This document shows positions 1 to 9,365 of a stretch of 64,000 bases of DNA, piece after piece. Where the stretch lies: NCBI GenBank assembly GCA_016794465.1, contig JAEUKA010000024.1, positions 7,511 through 71,510 of the forward strand. The letters run 5' to 3'. The stretch is from Myxococcales bacterium. Its GTDB lineage: Bacteria > Myxococcota_A > Polyangia > Palsa-1104 > JAEUJZ01. The translations under genes and the position numbers were made by a program. Every line of letters begins with the position of its first letter. Positions within the stretch are counted from its first letter, which is position 1. The notes under the pieces are model-generated. The model was not told where the DNA came from and searched no databases. It saw only the letters and a program-made list of their open reading frames with translations.

Positions 1-438
1 GTGGTCGGGCCGCAATAGAGCAGTCTCTCCGACACGGTGTGGTTCCCGTGCCGACCAAATGAGGACCAGCGCCAAGCACTCTGTCCGCTGCCTGTCCCGA
101 GTATCCACCTCTAGTTCAGGACTAGTCGTGGCTGATGGAGAGAGCTGATGCGCTGTAATATCGCGCCCGTGCTGACGCATCGTTGGGGCCTCGAAGCAAC
201 CATTGTGCCGAACGTGTTTTGTTAGGACTCGTCGAGGAGTCGTTCCAATTGAGCGCGCATTCACTTCGAGGCAGTGAGCGGCAACACAAGGCACTGTGCG
301 GTCCGGTGGTGCGCCAATACTCTCTCCTGGCGAAAGAAGGCGGGCGTGGGTACCAGGCTAGGATAGGCAATCCCTTCATACGAGCCTGAGCAACGGGAGA
401 AAGCATGCTGTCTAGCCAAAATAGTATCACGTTCGATT

Positions 439-485
439 GTGCGCGCAATGTGCGCACGCCGTGCGCACGTGGCACTCTGCGCACA
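439..485. promoter_or_regulatory. Three GTGCGCAC-type palindromes at 11-bp phasing (439, 450, 461) plus a fourth copy (478-485); further copy at 531-540. Candidate enhancer-binding-protein UAS
   Basis: Read directly: gtgcgcgc / gtgcgcac / gtgcgcac spaced exactly 11 bp apart, 80-130 bp upstream of a consensus sigma-54 element. Confidence 0.45.
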
Positions 486-567
486 GCGCGCCTAGCACAG
501 GGTGATATCGAGATGCGCGTCAGTCTCATTGTGCGCGCACAGAGCTGAACGCCTTGGTCCAAGGAGC

Positions 568-583
568 TGGCACCGGGCTTGCT
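568..583 (+). promoter_or_regulatory. Sigma-54 (-24/-12) promoter TGGCAC-N5-TTGCT
   Basis: tggcaccgggcttgct matches the RpoN consensus TGGCAC-N5-TTGCW perfectly; ~100 bp upstream of kinase ATG at 681. Confidence 0.55.
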
Positions 584-680
584 CTACCAAGGACGGCGTC
601 GAGTACCCAACCAATGGTGCTCGCCAAAGACGAGGATCGCGGTGGACAGCGGCGAAGCCACAAACAGTCAACAGGACCCG

Positions 681-2030
681 ATGCTCGGCCGCACCGTGAG
701 TCAGTACCGCGTTGTCCGAAAGATCGCCCAAGGCGGCATGGGTGCGATCTATGAAGCAACGCATCTAGAGTCCGGGATTCGCGCTGCTGTCAAAGTGCTG
801 CTGCCGGAGCTTAGCAGTCGCGCCGATGCCGTCTCACGATTCTTCACAGAGGCGAAGGCGACCAGCATGCTGGAACACCCCGCACTGGTGAAGATCTTCG
901 AGCATGGAAAGAGCCCCGATGGCGAAGCCTTCATTGTTATGGAGTACATCGATGGAGAGTCGCTTCGCCAAGCACAGGACAAGACGTACTTCGGCGGCAG
1001 CGCACTCCTGCTCCTTCATCAGATGGCGTCGGGCCTCGCTGTTGCCCATGGCAAGCGGATCATCCACCGAGATCTCAAGCCAGACAACATCATGCTGGTT
1101 TCTGATCCGTCTGCACCTGCCAAAAGAAGAGTCAAGATCCTCGACTTCGGAATCGCCAAGATGCTTCCAGATGGCAGTGCCAAGGAGGCTGCCAATGCAG
1201 CCACTCGCACTGGGACACTGATTGGCACGCCGATGTATATGTCGCCCGAGCAGTGCCGGGCTTCTGCCCCTCCCGATGAGAAGACCGACGTCTATTCACT
1301 CGGAATCATCCTGTATGAAATGCTCTACGGGGAGCCTCCGTTTACATCGGAATCAGCCGGAGAGCTTTTCGCGCTGCAGATGTTTGCAGATCCACCACGC
1401 CTCAAGCAGCGAGTCCCGGCGATTCCGGACCAACTGGATGAGCTCGTACATCGACTCCTTGCGAAGCAACCTGCAACGCGGCCCAGCATGGTGGAGCTGG
1501 CCACTGCACTGGAGAGTATAACGAGCACCGGCCTTGAGGATGGGGCAGCCCAGGACCGCCCCAGCGTTGCTAGCAGTCGTGCCCGGTCAAACCAGGGTGA
1601 AGAGATTGGCTCCACCTCAGGGATCGTCCGAGCACAGCTTCCCAACAACCCGCGGCGAGCAGACCACGGCGAACGGGTTGCAGCGACCTCGCCTAAGAAA
1701 GGAGGTCTCGTTCTCGTCATTCTGTCGGCAACATTTCTATTGGTTGTGATTGCAGTCCTACTCATCCTGCGAAACAGACAACCTGTTGCACCCCCTCCGG
1801 TAGTGACGAATGGAATCCAGCCTCCACCGCCCTCCGCGGCTATGCCAGACGCAGGGACAAATGCAGGAGCTGGTCCGTCGACAACTCTTCCCGCGAGTCC
1901 TCCCCCCAGCACAGCCACTGATCCTGCTGCAAACGGGAAACACAGCAAGAGCGGAAAGTCTGGAAAGGCGAGCCACAAGGCAGTCAAGACGGGGGCTGGA
2001 AACAAGCTCCAAGTCGATCTGTGGAAATAG
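681..2030 (+). CDS. Ser/Thr protein kinase (PpkA/Pkn-like) with C-terminal TM segment and Pro/Ala-rich tail
   Basis: GxGxxG (AQGGMGAIYEA), AVKVL lysine, HRDLKPDN catalytic loop, DFG, PMYMSPE; start chosen at internal Met 681 (ORF 579..2030). Confidence 0.85.
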   Translation: MLGRTVSQYRVVRKIAQGGMGAIYEATHLESGIRAAVKVLLPELSSRADAVSRFFTEAKATSMLEHPALVKIFEHGKSPDGEAFIVMEYIDGESLRQAQDKTYFGGSALLLLHQMASGLAVAHGKRIIHRDLKPDNIMLVSDPSAPAKRRVKILDFGIAKMLPDGSAKEAANAATRTGTLIGTPMYMSPEQCRASAPPDEKTDVYSLGIILYEMLYGEPPFTSESAGELFALQMFADPPRLKQRVPAIPDQLDELVHRLLAKQPATRPSMVELATALESITSTGLEDGAAQDRPSVASSRARSNQGEEIGSTSGIVRAQLPNNPRRADHGERVAATSPKKGGLVLVILSATFLLVVIAVLLILRNRQPVAPPPVVTNGIQPPPPSAAMPDAGTNAGAGPSTTLPASPPPSTATDPAANGKHSKSGKSGKASHKAVKTGAGNKLQVDLWK

Positions 2031-2031
2031 C

Positions 2032-2997
2032 ATGAGCGGGATTTCCCATCTTCTAACCGGATGTATCGCCGGTGGGTTCTGCCTCGCAGCGCCATGTTGG
2101 GCAGAAGAGGAACAGTCCGAGGAAGAACGAGCGCAGCGATTCAAGATTCAGTATGCCCAGGCCGGAAAGGCGTATGCCGCCGGAGACTTCGCTGCAGCCA
2201 TTCACGCACTACAGGCAGCGTATGCGATACAGCCACTGCCCCCTCTGCTGTTTAATATTGCCCAAGCATACCGTCGCATGGAGCAGTGGAGCTCTGCCCG
2301 CGTCTACTTTGAGCTGTATCGCCACGTCGACCTCAACATGCCCAGAGAGACGTCGCTGTCACTCGACACCTTCGTGGCCGAAGCGCGTGAAAAGGAAATC
2401 CTCGCGTACACGCCGAAAGTCGTCGAAAAAACCAAGCTCCTGTACGTTCAGCAAGAGAAACCTCTGCCGCGTTGGCTTCGACCCTTCGGCATCACGACCG
2501 GCGTGCTGGGACTGGGGGCCATTGGCGCAGGTGCGGGCCTTTGGGGGATTCATGGACGGTGTGTGCAAGACGCCGTGGCTCCCGCGCTAGAGTGTGAGCA
2601 GATCTATCAGACACGGACACCAGGCATTGCAATCGTGGCGACCGGAGGCGTGATGCTCGCGCTTGGAGTTGTGACGTTTTCCCTGTCATTCATCAAGCCG
2701 GCCAAGCCGGTAGTGGCTGCGAGCGCGCCTCCAGATCTGTTTTTGCCAACAATCGACAAGGTGGTAGTTCCGAAGACGAGCTCAGCAAAGGACGGATCCG
2801 GAAGAAAGCCAGTCCACAGACCTGTGCTGATCGTTCCGCCCTCGCCTCCTGCGGTAGAGCCACCGCCAACAGGTACTCAAATGGTTCCCAAGATTCTGGA
2901 AACCGTCGTCCCCCCAAATCCGCCGCCTACAGAGCCACCACCAAAGGGCTTTCGCCTGACTGGACGACGGTCGCATCGCCACGGGGGGCAATTGTAA
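2032..2997 (+). CDS. TPR-like membrane-anchored protein (signal peptide, LLFNIAQAYR motif, TM, Pro-rich C-term); paralog of 34150..34854
   Basis: ATG 2 nt after kinase stop; shares FxxAxxxY...LLFNIAQAYR block with minus-strand ORF 34150..34854. Confidence 0.65.
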   Translation: MSGISHLLTGCIAGGFCLAAPCWAEEEQSEEERAQRFKIQYAQAGKAYAAGDFAAAIHALQAAYAIQPLPPLLFNIAQAYRRMEQWSSARVYFELYRHVDLNMPRETSLSLDTFVAEAREKEILAYTPKVVEKTKLLYVQQEKPLPRWLRPFGITTGVLGLGAIGAGAGLWGIHGRCVQDAVAPALECEQIYQTRTPGIAIVATGGVMLALGVVTFSLSFIKPAKPVVAASAPPDLFLPTIDKVVVPKTSSAKDGSGRKPVHRPVLIVPPSPPAVEPPPTGTQMVPKILETVVPPNPPPTEPPPKGFRLTGRRSHRHGGQL

Positions 2998-3088
2998 CAC
3001 ACACAGCTGAGTCGCAAGATTCGCTGTAGAAGGAACGCTCTGGAGAGACGAAAAGCACTCCACTTCTGGTCGCTGCCTCACCGATTGG

Positions 3089-4540
3089 ATGGTCGCAGCA
3101 AAGGAGTCGTTTGTGGATAGACAAATTGGCCCGTACAAGATCGTTCGGTTGATCGGCAGCGGTGGGATGGGCTCCGTCTACGAAGCAATGAATACCCAGA
3201 TCGAACGCCGAGCTGCGATCAAAGTCTTGAGCAAGGACTTTCAGCAGGACGCAGAGTTTGTCCAGCGCTTCTTTAACGAAGCCCGTGCGGTCAACATCAT
3301 CAACCATCCAAGCGTTGTAACTGTTTATGACTTTGGCACCGCAGAGGATGGCTCGCCCTACATCGTGATGGAGTACTTGGAGGGAGAGACGCTTCGCCAG
3401 CGGATGAACAAGAGCGGACGAACGGACCCCGAGCGAGCGATGAAGACCATCCGGCAGGTAGCATCCGGTTTGGCAGCCGCGCACGCGAAAAAAATTGTGC
3501 ATCGTGACCTGAAGCCCGGAAACATTCTGCTGGTTCATGATTCCGACAACGCTGATGGAGAACGGCCCAAGATCCTCGATTTTGGCATCGCCAAGCTGGC
3601 GGCGGATCCAAGTGCAAAGGCGCTGACTCGTGTGGGCGTGTCGATGGGCACGCCAGCGTACATGTCTCCCGAGTTATGCAAGGACGCTAGAGATGTAACT
3701 GATCGAAGCGACGTCTACGCCCTGGGGCTGATTCTGTTCGAAATGCTGGCGGGCGAGCATCCATTCGCGAGTGCACTGAAGGCAGACAGCGCCATGATGG
3801 CATCACACATCGGCCAACCTGCGCCTTCTCTGGACAGCAAGGTTCCCGGAATAGGATCGGACCTTGTGGGTCTGGTCAATCGGATGCTCGCGAAGCAGCC
3901 GGATGCCCGACCGAGCGCAGCAGAAGTGGCCGCCACGCTGGGAAGGTTAGGAGGGTCGTCCACTGGACTTATGCAGGTGATCGACGCCGGCTCCATACCT
4001 CTGCCATTACACACCAATCGAGCATTGCCCACCGCGGACGCAGCATCGGACGTCGGTCTGTCTGCCGTACTCAAACCGCTGCAGGAAAACCGGGGTCTGG
4101 TCATTGGCGCCGGTGTCATGCTGCTCTTGGGAGTCATCGGGATTGTCGTGATTCTACGAGTGATACTCGCAGGTGCGCCATCCGTTCCCCAGCCGGTCCG
4201 CTGGAGCATTCAAAGTGAACCGCCAGGTGCCGATGTCCTGGATGCCACTGGGCAGATGCTGGGAAAGACTCCTTTTGTCCATCAACACGCTCGTGGAACC
4301 GCAGTCGAAATCTTGTCGATTCGCAAGGAAGGATTTAGCGAAGCACGAGTTCCCTGTGACAGCAGCAAAGACATCAATCAGATGGTGACACTCGTCGCAC
4401 AGGCAAAGCCGGCGGACAAGAAAGTGGAACCAGAGCCCGGTACCGATAGCCACACATCAACCGAGATCAAAAGGCCAAGTTCCCGGCGACACAAAAAGGA
4501 ACGTGCTTCGAAGAAGGAGAAAAAGTCTCGGTCTCACTAG
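3089..4540 (+). CDS. Ser/Thr protein kinase with C-terminal TM and extracytoplasmic domain
   Basis: IGSGGMGSVYEA, AIKVL, HRDLKPGN, DFG, PAYMSPE. Confidence 0.85.
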   Translation: MVAAKESFVDRQIGPYKIVRLIGSGGMGSVYEAMNTQIERRAAIKVLSKDFQQDAEFVQRFFNEARAVNIINHPSVVTVYDFGTAEDGSPYIVMEYLEGETLRQRMNKSGRTDPERAMKTIRQVASGLAAAHAKKIVHRDLKPGNILLVHDSDNADGERPKILDFGIAKLAADPSAKALTRVGVSMGTPAYMSPELCKDARDVTDRSDVYALGLILFEMLAGEHPFASALKADSAMMASHIGQPAPSLDSKVPGIGSDLVGLVNRMLAKQPDARPSAAEVAATLGRLGGSSTGLMQVIDAGSIPLPLHTNRALPTADAASDVGLSAVLKPLQENRGLVIGAGVMLLLGVIGIVVILRVILAGAPSVPQPVRWSIQSEPPGADVLDATGQMLGKTPFVHQHARGTAVEILSIRKEGFSEARVPCDSSKDINQMVTLVAQAKPADKKVEPEPGTDSHTSTEIKRPSSRRHKKERASKKEKKSRSH

Positions 4541-4601
4541 TCAGACAAGCGTTTGAATAATCTCAGGAATCGACTTCGAGTTCGGAGGTTCGTAGTTCCG
4601 G

Positions 4602-7600
4602 ATGGTACTTGGGTGGGCGGTAGCGCTGGACGGATCAGTTGGCACAGGTAGCGAGGCTCCGCGGTTGCCGAGCACTTGGCTCCTTGTCGTGCTGGTGCTC
4701 TTCTTCCTGCTGCTCATTGTAGCCGGCATCGGCTTGATCTATTTGATCTTTCGGCGGCGTGGCCAGACCGAGCGACCGACACAGGGCGGCCAGAATCAAG
4801 CGACCCCCAAGCGACTTCTGTCAATCTGGCGACAGTTCCTTGAGCCACTCCCAGTCAGTGTTCAGGTCGCCATTCAGGACTACGATCACTTCGTCGTCTT
4901 CGGTGATCCGGGAGTTGGAAAAAGTGCGCTGATCAGTCGACGTGTGGACTGGCAAGGGCAAGCCAGTCAGTTTCTGCCAAGCCATACGGCCGATCCGCTG
5001 CTTCAGATCTACCTGGGCAGTCGCACGATTGTCCAAGAGGTTTCCTCAACGCTTTTGCAGGCGGCCAATCGGGAAGCTCACGAGGCCTTTCGAAAGCTGT
5101 GGAAGAGATCACTGCCATCTGCGCTCTTGCCAACGGTTGTCATCGTTCTCAAGATCTCGACCCTGGCGAACAGTAGCCCAGATGTGCTGCGCCAGCAGGC
5201 CAAGCTGATTCGAGGAAAGATCAATCTGCTGGCAGAACTGTTCGGAGCGCCCATCCTGACTCGTTTGTGCCTGACCAATATGGAGCGCATCTCGGGTTAT
5301 TCCGAGTTCTCTCGGTTCCTCCACAAGAACCGGATCCCGCTGCTGCTCGATGCCAGCGGGGATGCCCAAAGTAGCCTTGGAAGCAGTCTTCAGTCCTATG
5401 AAAAGCATCTGCCACGGGCCCTGACCACCATGCCCGTTGGACCCTTTGAGGCTAGCATAGAGGTCCTAAACTCTGCTGAAGAGCTGATGACACCTGTGCG
5501 CAGTTTCATCGCCGCACTGGTCGAAGGCTCGGTGGCTTCGCTGCGCCCTGACGTCCAGAGTGTCTACTTCTTTTCACTCCCCGCCGATGAAGACGTTGGC
5601 AATCCCTTCGAGCCCGTGGTCAATAAAGGGGCGCGAGCACCCTCTCTGTTTCTACGTTGGCTGCGCTGGTTGGCTGGACTTGGCATTCGACCGATCCATG
5701 CACTCCTTAGTCTCTTGTTACTCGCAGTCGGAGTCGGCCCGATTTGGTATGTCAGTCACCGCCATGGCCAGAAGGTTCAGCGCGCTAGCACGATGGCCGG
5801 AGAGTTTGAACGAGCGGTGCGCCGTGCCCAAGAGTCACTCTCCAATCCGAGTGAATCAGACGTAGTGCGTACCAGTGAACGGGCAGCAGAGCAAGCGCTC
5901 TCGCTCGTTTTGGACGAAGAAACTCGCCTGCGCCCTTTGAAACTGCTTCTGCTTCGTGAGAAAAATGAAGCGCGGCAGCACTTTGTGGACGGACTGCGAC
6001 AAGGGTATCTGCGCCCTGTGCTGGAAGCAGGTGTCCGTCAACGAGCACGCGACAAGATCCTCTACAGCCTTGCTACGCTTTACGCCGCGCAAGACAACGC
6101 GCTGGGAACGCTGGTGAAGACGCAGCGCACCGACTTTGCAACGACTCTGGGTCTGCCAGCAGATGTACTGAGTGCATACGTTGAAAATAGCCCGCACGCC
6201 TGGACCGACAAGGCACTGCTGCTGCTTCCTCCTTTGCCATCCGAGTCAGCGCACTGGCCGACTAGCGATCTCCGTCCTTGGCAAGAGTTTGTGCAGACAA
6301 TTGCTCGTGCCATTCCACAGCCTTCGATTGCAGGAGATCAGCTGGAGCGGCTACGCAAGCAGGCAGAACACCTCCGCGAGACGATAGAGCGAGTGCGCAA
6401 GGCGCACGTGATGCGCCGCGTTTATCAGATGCTGGCAGAAGAGACGCCCATCGACATGAACAAGCTGTTTGGTGGAGAGGTCGGTGTGCTCACCCCCGAT
6501 CCGTGGCTCACCGACAACATGGCCAACCTGGAGCTCCTGCTCAAGCTGATCCGTGACAGCTCGGCCCAGTCAGGTCGCCACGACCACCTGAGTCTGTATC
6601 AGCTACTCCGTTGGGTGAATGCACTCGGCGCCAGCAAGGAAGCGCTTGCGCATGGGCCTGGCATTTCTCCGCTGTTCGAAAATGACCTGGTACACTTCGC
6701 ATTCCCGAGCAGCAAGGTGTACGAGATCAGCGAGCGGGGCTGGCTCGATCTGCTCTTGCGCAGCCGCAAGCGCTGGCTCCTGTCGCATCAGATCAGCAAC
6801 GTTCGGCTCCACGACAAACACTCCCATCGACGTCGCTGCTGCGATTGTGTGTCGGAAAGTCGCCGGAAGCGACGGCACTGTGTGCGATGCGAACGGACAG
6901 AAGATGACTCTGAACGGAAGTCATGTTTGCCCCCACGGACGGAGAGTCGCAGAGTGGATTTGCCTCCCTTTGGTCCTGAAGAGCTGCGGCCCAGACTCGC
7001 CAACCTGATGACCAAGGGGGAGACCCCCAACGAGCACCTGGGAGACGAGTACAACCGCGCGGTCTTCGATAATGAAGTTCTACCACTGGTACGTGAGCTA
7101 CGTAAGGCCGTGGCAGAGAGCAAGGCGTTGGGTCCGGAAGAAAAGATCCGGCTGACTCGGCTCGTACGATCGGAAATCGAAGGATATGCGCGGAAGTACT
7201 GCAGTGGGCTCATGCGTTACTACCTGAGCTACCACTTTCACGCGCACGACCAAGGGAGTCCGGTCACTTCTCTGCATTCGGCACTGCTGGATCTGACCAA
7301 GCCCGGCTCTCGCTTTGTATCGCACCTGTCGAGCGTTGCAGAAAACGCAGCACTTGCTGGGCTCGATGATCCATATCTGAAGCCACTGGCAGAGTGTTTG
7401 GCCGAGTTCCGCCCACTCATCAAAGTGGTGAATGCGGATCTGCTCAAGCGGAAGAGTGCGAAGCCAAGTGGAGGGGTGCTGGAGCCAAAAGAAAACAAGA
7501 GCTCAGGCTCAGACAGTCAAGATCGCACCCCAGGGAAGGAGGCCGCAGCAGGTCAAGGGACGGGCAGTTCTCCGGACAAGGAGACCACAGGACGGAAGGA

Positions 7601-8651
7601 CTCTCTTGACCCCCCTGCTCCATCTGAAGACGATCAAAACAAAGGTCTGGATCCCTACCTTGAATCGATTGCGAAGCTGGCCACTGAGCTGGATTCAAAC
7701 TGGGGACCGGCTCCCGGCAAAGGAACAGACAAAGCGACCGAAAAAAGATCAAGCCTTCCAGACCAGCTCGGTCCACTGGGCAAGAGCGCTCTGCTCATGG
7801 CCCGAGAAGACAGCGCAGGAGAGCTCTCTCCTCGCCAGAGTGCGGAAGTCTTCCTCGACAAAACGGGACTGATCGGGTCCATGCGTCGTCCCTTCATCGA
7901 ACCATTCGATGCAGTGTTCAAACGGGGTTCACAGGAAGTAGAGAGTGCGCTGGCCCAGCACTGGGAAAAAGAAACGGTGGCCATGGTAACTCCTCTGTTT
8001 GAACGCTTCCCATTCAATCAAGCGGCAGAAAGAGAAGTCGCACCGGCCGAGCTAGATCTGATCAGCGAGTCCAGCGGAGCCTTCTTTGCGGATGTCAGAT
8101 CGTTTTACGACTACGCCATCGCGCAACAGGGAGGAAACTATGTAAGTCGACGAGGAGCACTGGGCTCGTTTGCGCTTCCCAAGGATCTGCTGCCAACCGT
8201 CAATCGGGTCGCCAAGTTGGCACGATTGTTGTTTGACGGAAAAGGAGCACGCCAGCCGCTGCGTCTGTCTGTTCGAGGTGTACCAGGGAAGAGAGCGGGT
8301 GATGGAAAATCGGTGCAGCCGACCATGGGTTTTTTACAACTGGGGAAGACATCTGTCTTCGGTTTTAACCAGCGCGCAACTGGAGAACAGATCTCCATCG
8401 ACTGGTGGAATCAGGGCGTGGCAGTGGTCGGTATCGAAAGCACTGCAGGTCGGTCTGGACGAAGACACACCCAGACAATCGAAGTGGCGGACTCTTCCTG
8501 GAGCTTATTTCGACTCCTGCAAAAGAGCACGATTGAGGGCGACGGAGAGAGCACCTGGCGAATCAACGACGACGGGGCAGGAGAGGTACAGGTGATTCGC
8601 TTTGCGATTCAGCCCGACCCCTGGAGTCTGTTTCGGATCACGACACGCTGA
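4602..8651 (+). CDS. tssM: T6SS membrane complex protein TssM (IcmF-like)
   Basis: 1,349 aa, N-terminal TM helix then Walker A GDPGVGKSALI, additional TM hairpin, large periplasmic C-terminal region; stop overlaps tssJ start (TGATG). Confidence 0.7.
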   Translation: MVLGWAVALDGSVGTGSEAPRLPSTWLLVVLVLFFLLLIVAGIGLIYLIFRRRGQTERPTQGGQNQATPKRLLSIWRQFLEPLPVSVQVAIQDYDHFVVFGDPGVGKSALISRRVDWQGQASQFLPSHTADPLLQIYLGSRTIVQEVSSTLLQAANREAHEAFRKLWKRSLPSALLPTVVIVLKISTLANSSPDVLRQQAKLIRGKINLLAELFGAPILTRLCLTNMERISGYSEFSRFLHKNRIPLLLDASGDAQSSLGSSLQSYEKHLPRALTTMPVGPFEASIEVLNSAEELMTPVRSFIAALVEGSVASLRPDVQSVYFFSLPADEDVGNPFEPVVNKGARAPSLFLRWLRWLAGLGIRPIHALLSLLLLAVGVGPIWYVSHRHGQKVQRASTMAGEFERAVRRAQESLSNPSESDVVRTSERAAEQALSLVLDEETRLRPLKLLLLREKNEARQHFVDGLRQGYLRPVLEAGVRQRARDKILYSLATLYAAQDNALGTLVKTQRTDFATTLGLPADVLSAYVENSPHAWTDKALLLLPPLPSESAHWPTSDLRPWQEFVQTIARAIPQPSIAGDQLERLRKQAEHLRETIERVRKAHVMRRVYQMLAEETPIDMNKLFGGEVGVLTPDPWLTDNMANLELLLKLIRDSSAQSGRHDHLSLYQLLRWVNALGASKEALAHGPGISPLFENDLVHFAFPSSKVYEISERGWLDLLLRSRKRWLLSHQISNVRLHDKHSHRRRCCDCVSESRRKRRHCVRCERTEDDSERKSCLPPRTESRRVDLPPFGPEELRPRLANLMTKGETPNEHLGDEYNRAVFDNEVLPLVRELRKAVAESKALGPEEKIRLTRLVRSEIEGYARKYCSGLMRYYLSYHFHAHDQGSPVTSLHSALLDLTKPGSRFVSHLSSVAENAALAGLDDPYLKPLAECLAEFRPLIKVVNADLLKRKSAKPSGGVLEPKENKSSGSDSQDRTPGKEAAAGQGTGSSPDKETTGRKDSLDPPAPSEDDQNKGLDPYLESIAKLATELDSNWGPAPGKGTDKATEKRSSLPDQLGPLGKSALLMAREDSAGELSPRQSAEVFLDKTGLIGSMRRPFIEPFDAVFKRGSQEVESALAQHWEKETVAMVTPLFERFPFNQAAEREVAPAELDLISESSGAFFADVRSFYDYAIAQQGGNYVSRRGALGSFALPKDLLPTVNRVAKLARLLFDGKGARQPLRLSVRGVPGKRAGDGKSVQPTMGFLQLGKTSVFGFNQRATGEQISIDWWNQGVAVVGIESTAGRSGRRHTQTIEVADSSWSLFRLLQKSTIEGDGESTWRINDDGAGEVQVIRFAIQPDPWSLFRITTR

Positions 8652-9127
8652 TGAGCCACGCTACACGCTCAAACATAGCAGACCGGCAGCAAGGAAGCCT
8701 CTGGCTCGTGGTCATGCTTGGTCTCCTTGTGTGTGCGCAGACTGGCTGCACGACCTGGCGATTCTTTATTAATCTCCGCGGTATGGAGGACTCCAATCAA
8801 GGACGCCCCCTGCAGGTTTTGGTCCGGAGTGTGCAAGCAGAGAGCTTTCGGACCGAGACCTATGGTGAACTCGCCCAGCTGCTCATAAAACCCGATCCCA
8901 GCGTGCTCAGAGTCGTGACGGTAGAACCCAGTCAAAAGCGTCGACTCTGGATCAGGGCGCCGAGCAACAAGCCGGTGGCGCTGTACTTCCTCTTTAGTGC
9001 GACCACCGGCAGTTGGAAGATGCTCTTGCCCCCACCACTGCCCTGGTCTGTGTCGGTGCCGCTCGGTCGAAACGGTGTGCTGGTTCCTGACGTGAAGGAA
9101 TGTCGGCTCGGTCGAGGTCTGCCATGA
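8651..9127 (+). CDS. tssJ: T6SS outer-membrane lipoprotein TssJ
   Basis: 158 aa, signal peptide with Cys (LLVCAQTGC), RPLQVLVRSVQ...F block resembling TssJ core; immediately downstream of tssM. Confidence 0.55.
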   Translation: MSHATRSNIADRQQGSLWLVVMLGLLVCAQTGCTTWRFFINLRGMEDSNQGRPLQVLVRSVQAESFRTETYGELAQLLIKPDPSVLRVVTVEPSQKRRLWIRAPSNKPVALYFLFSATTGSWKMLLPPPLPWSVSVPLGRNGVLVPDVKECRLGRGLP

Positions 9128-9168
9128 CTATTCCTCAACCAATTCACAGAACCAGCGGGTCCTGCAAC

Positions 9169-9198
9169 GTGCGCACAGCGTGCGCAGATTGTGCGCCC
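9169..9198. promoter_or_regulatory. Three GTGCGCA(C)-type half-palindromes at 11-bp phasing (9169, 9180, 9191); candidate UAS for tssBC promoter
   Basis: cgtgcgcacag cgtgcgcagat tgtgcgcccac; same motif and phasing as 439-468. Confidence 0.4.
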
Positions 9199-9307
9199 AC
9201 ACAACTGAAATACAACATGCTCAATCTCCTCGACGGAGTTCCACAGAGTTTTGCCGCCGTGGTTGTATCGCTGTGGTCAGCATCACTGCAAGCGACCGCC
9301 CGGCGGA

Positions 9308-9322
9308 TGGCATGTTCGCTGC
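9308..9322 (+). promoter_or_regulatory. Sigma-54-like -24/-12 element TGGCAT-N5-CTGC upstream of tssB
   Basis: GG and GC correctly spaced (tggcatgttcgctgc); ~110 bp downstream of the palindrome triplet, 44 bp upstream of GTG start with GGAGG RBS. Confidence 0.35.
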
Positions 9323-9365
9323 TAGAGAGCGTAGCCCCAAACCAGGACCCCCATAGGAGGAAACC

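Noticed and set aside
469-485. tggcactctgcgcaca as a second sigma-54 element
   Set aside because: Has the GG of TGGCAC but lacks GC at the -12 position; it is more likely part of the palindrome array
122-562. 146-aa minus-strand ORF at the window start
   Set aside because: Overlaps the palindrome UAS and sigma-54 promoter region; composition is not protein-like, so treated as non-coding
579-680. Extended N-termini of several ORFs (579..680 of the kinase, 30089..30433, 26189..26335, 23996..24067)
   Set aside because: Upstream extensions overlap preceding genes or promoters and lack RBS; internal Met starts give canonical protein N-termini
6800-6960. Cys/Arg-rich stretch in TssM (HRRRCCDCVSESRRKRRHCVRCERTEDD) that looks like out-of-frame translation; an alternative frame (ORF 6619..7008) gives IDVAAAIVCRKVAGSDGTVCDANGQKMTLNGS
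   Set aside because: Cannot decide between a genuine odd segment and two compensating indels without alignment to TssM homologs; third-position GC is similar in both frames
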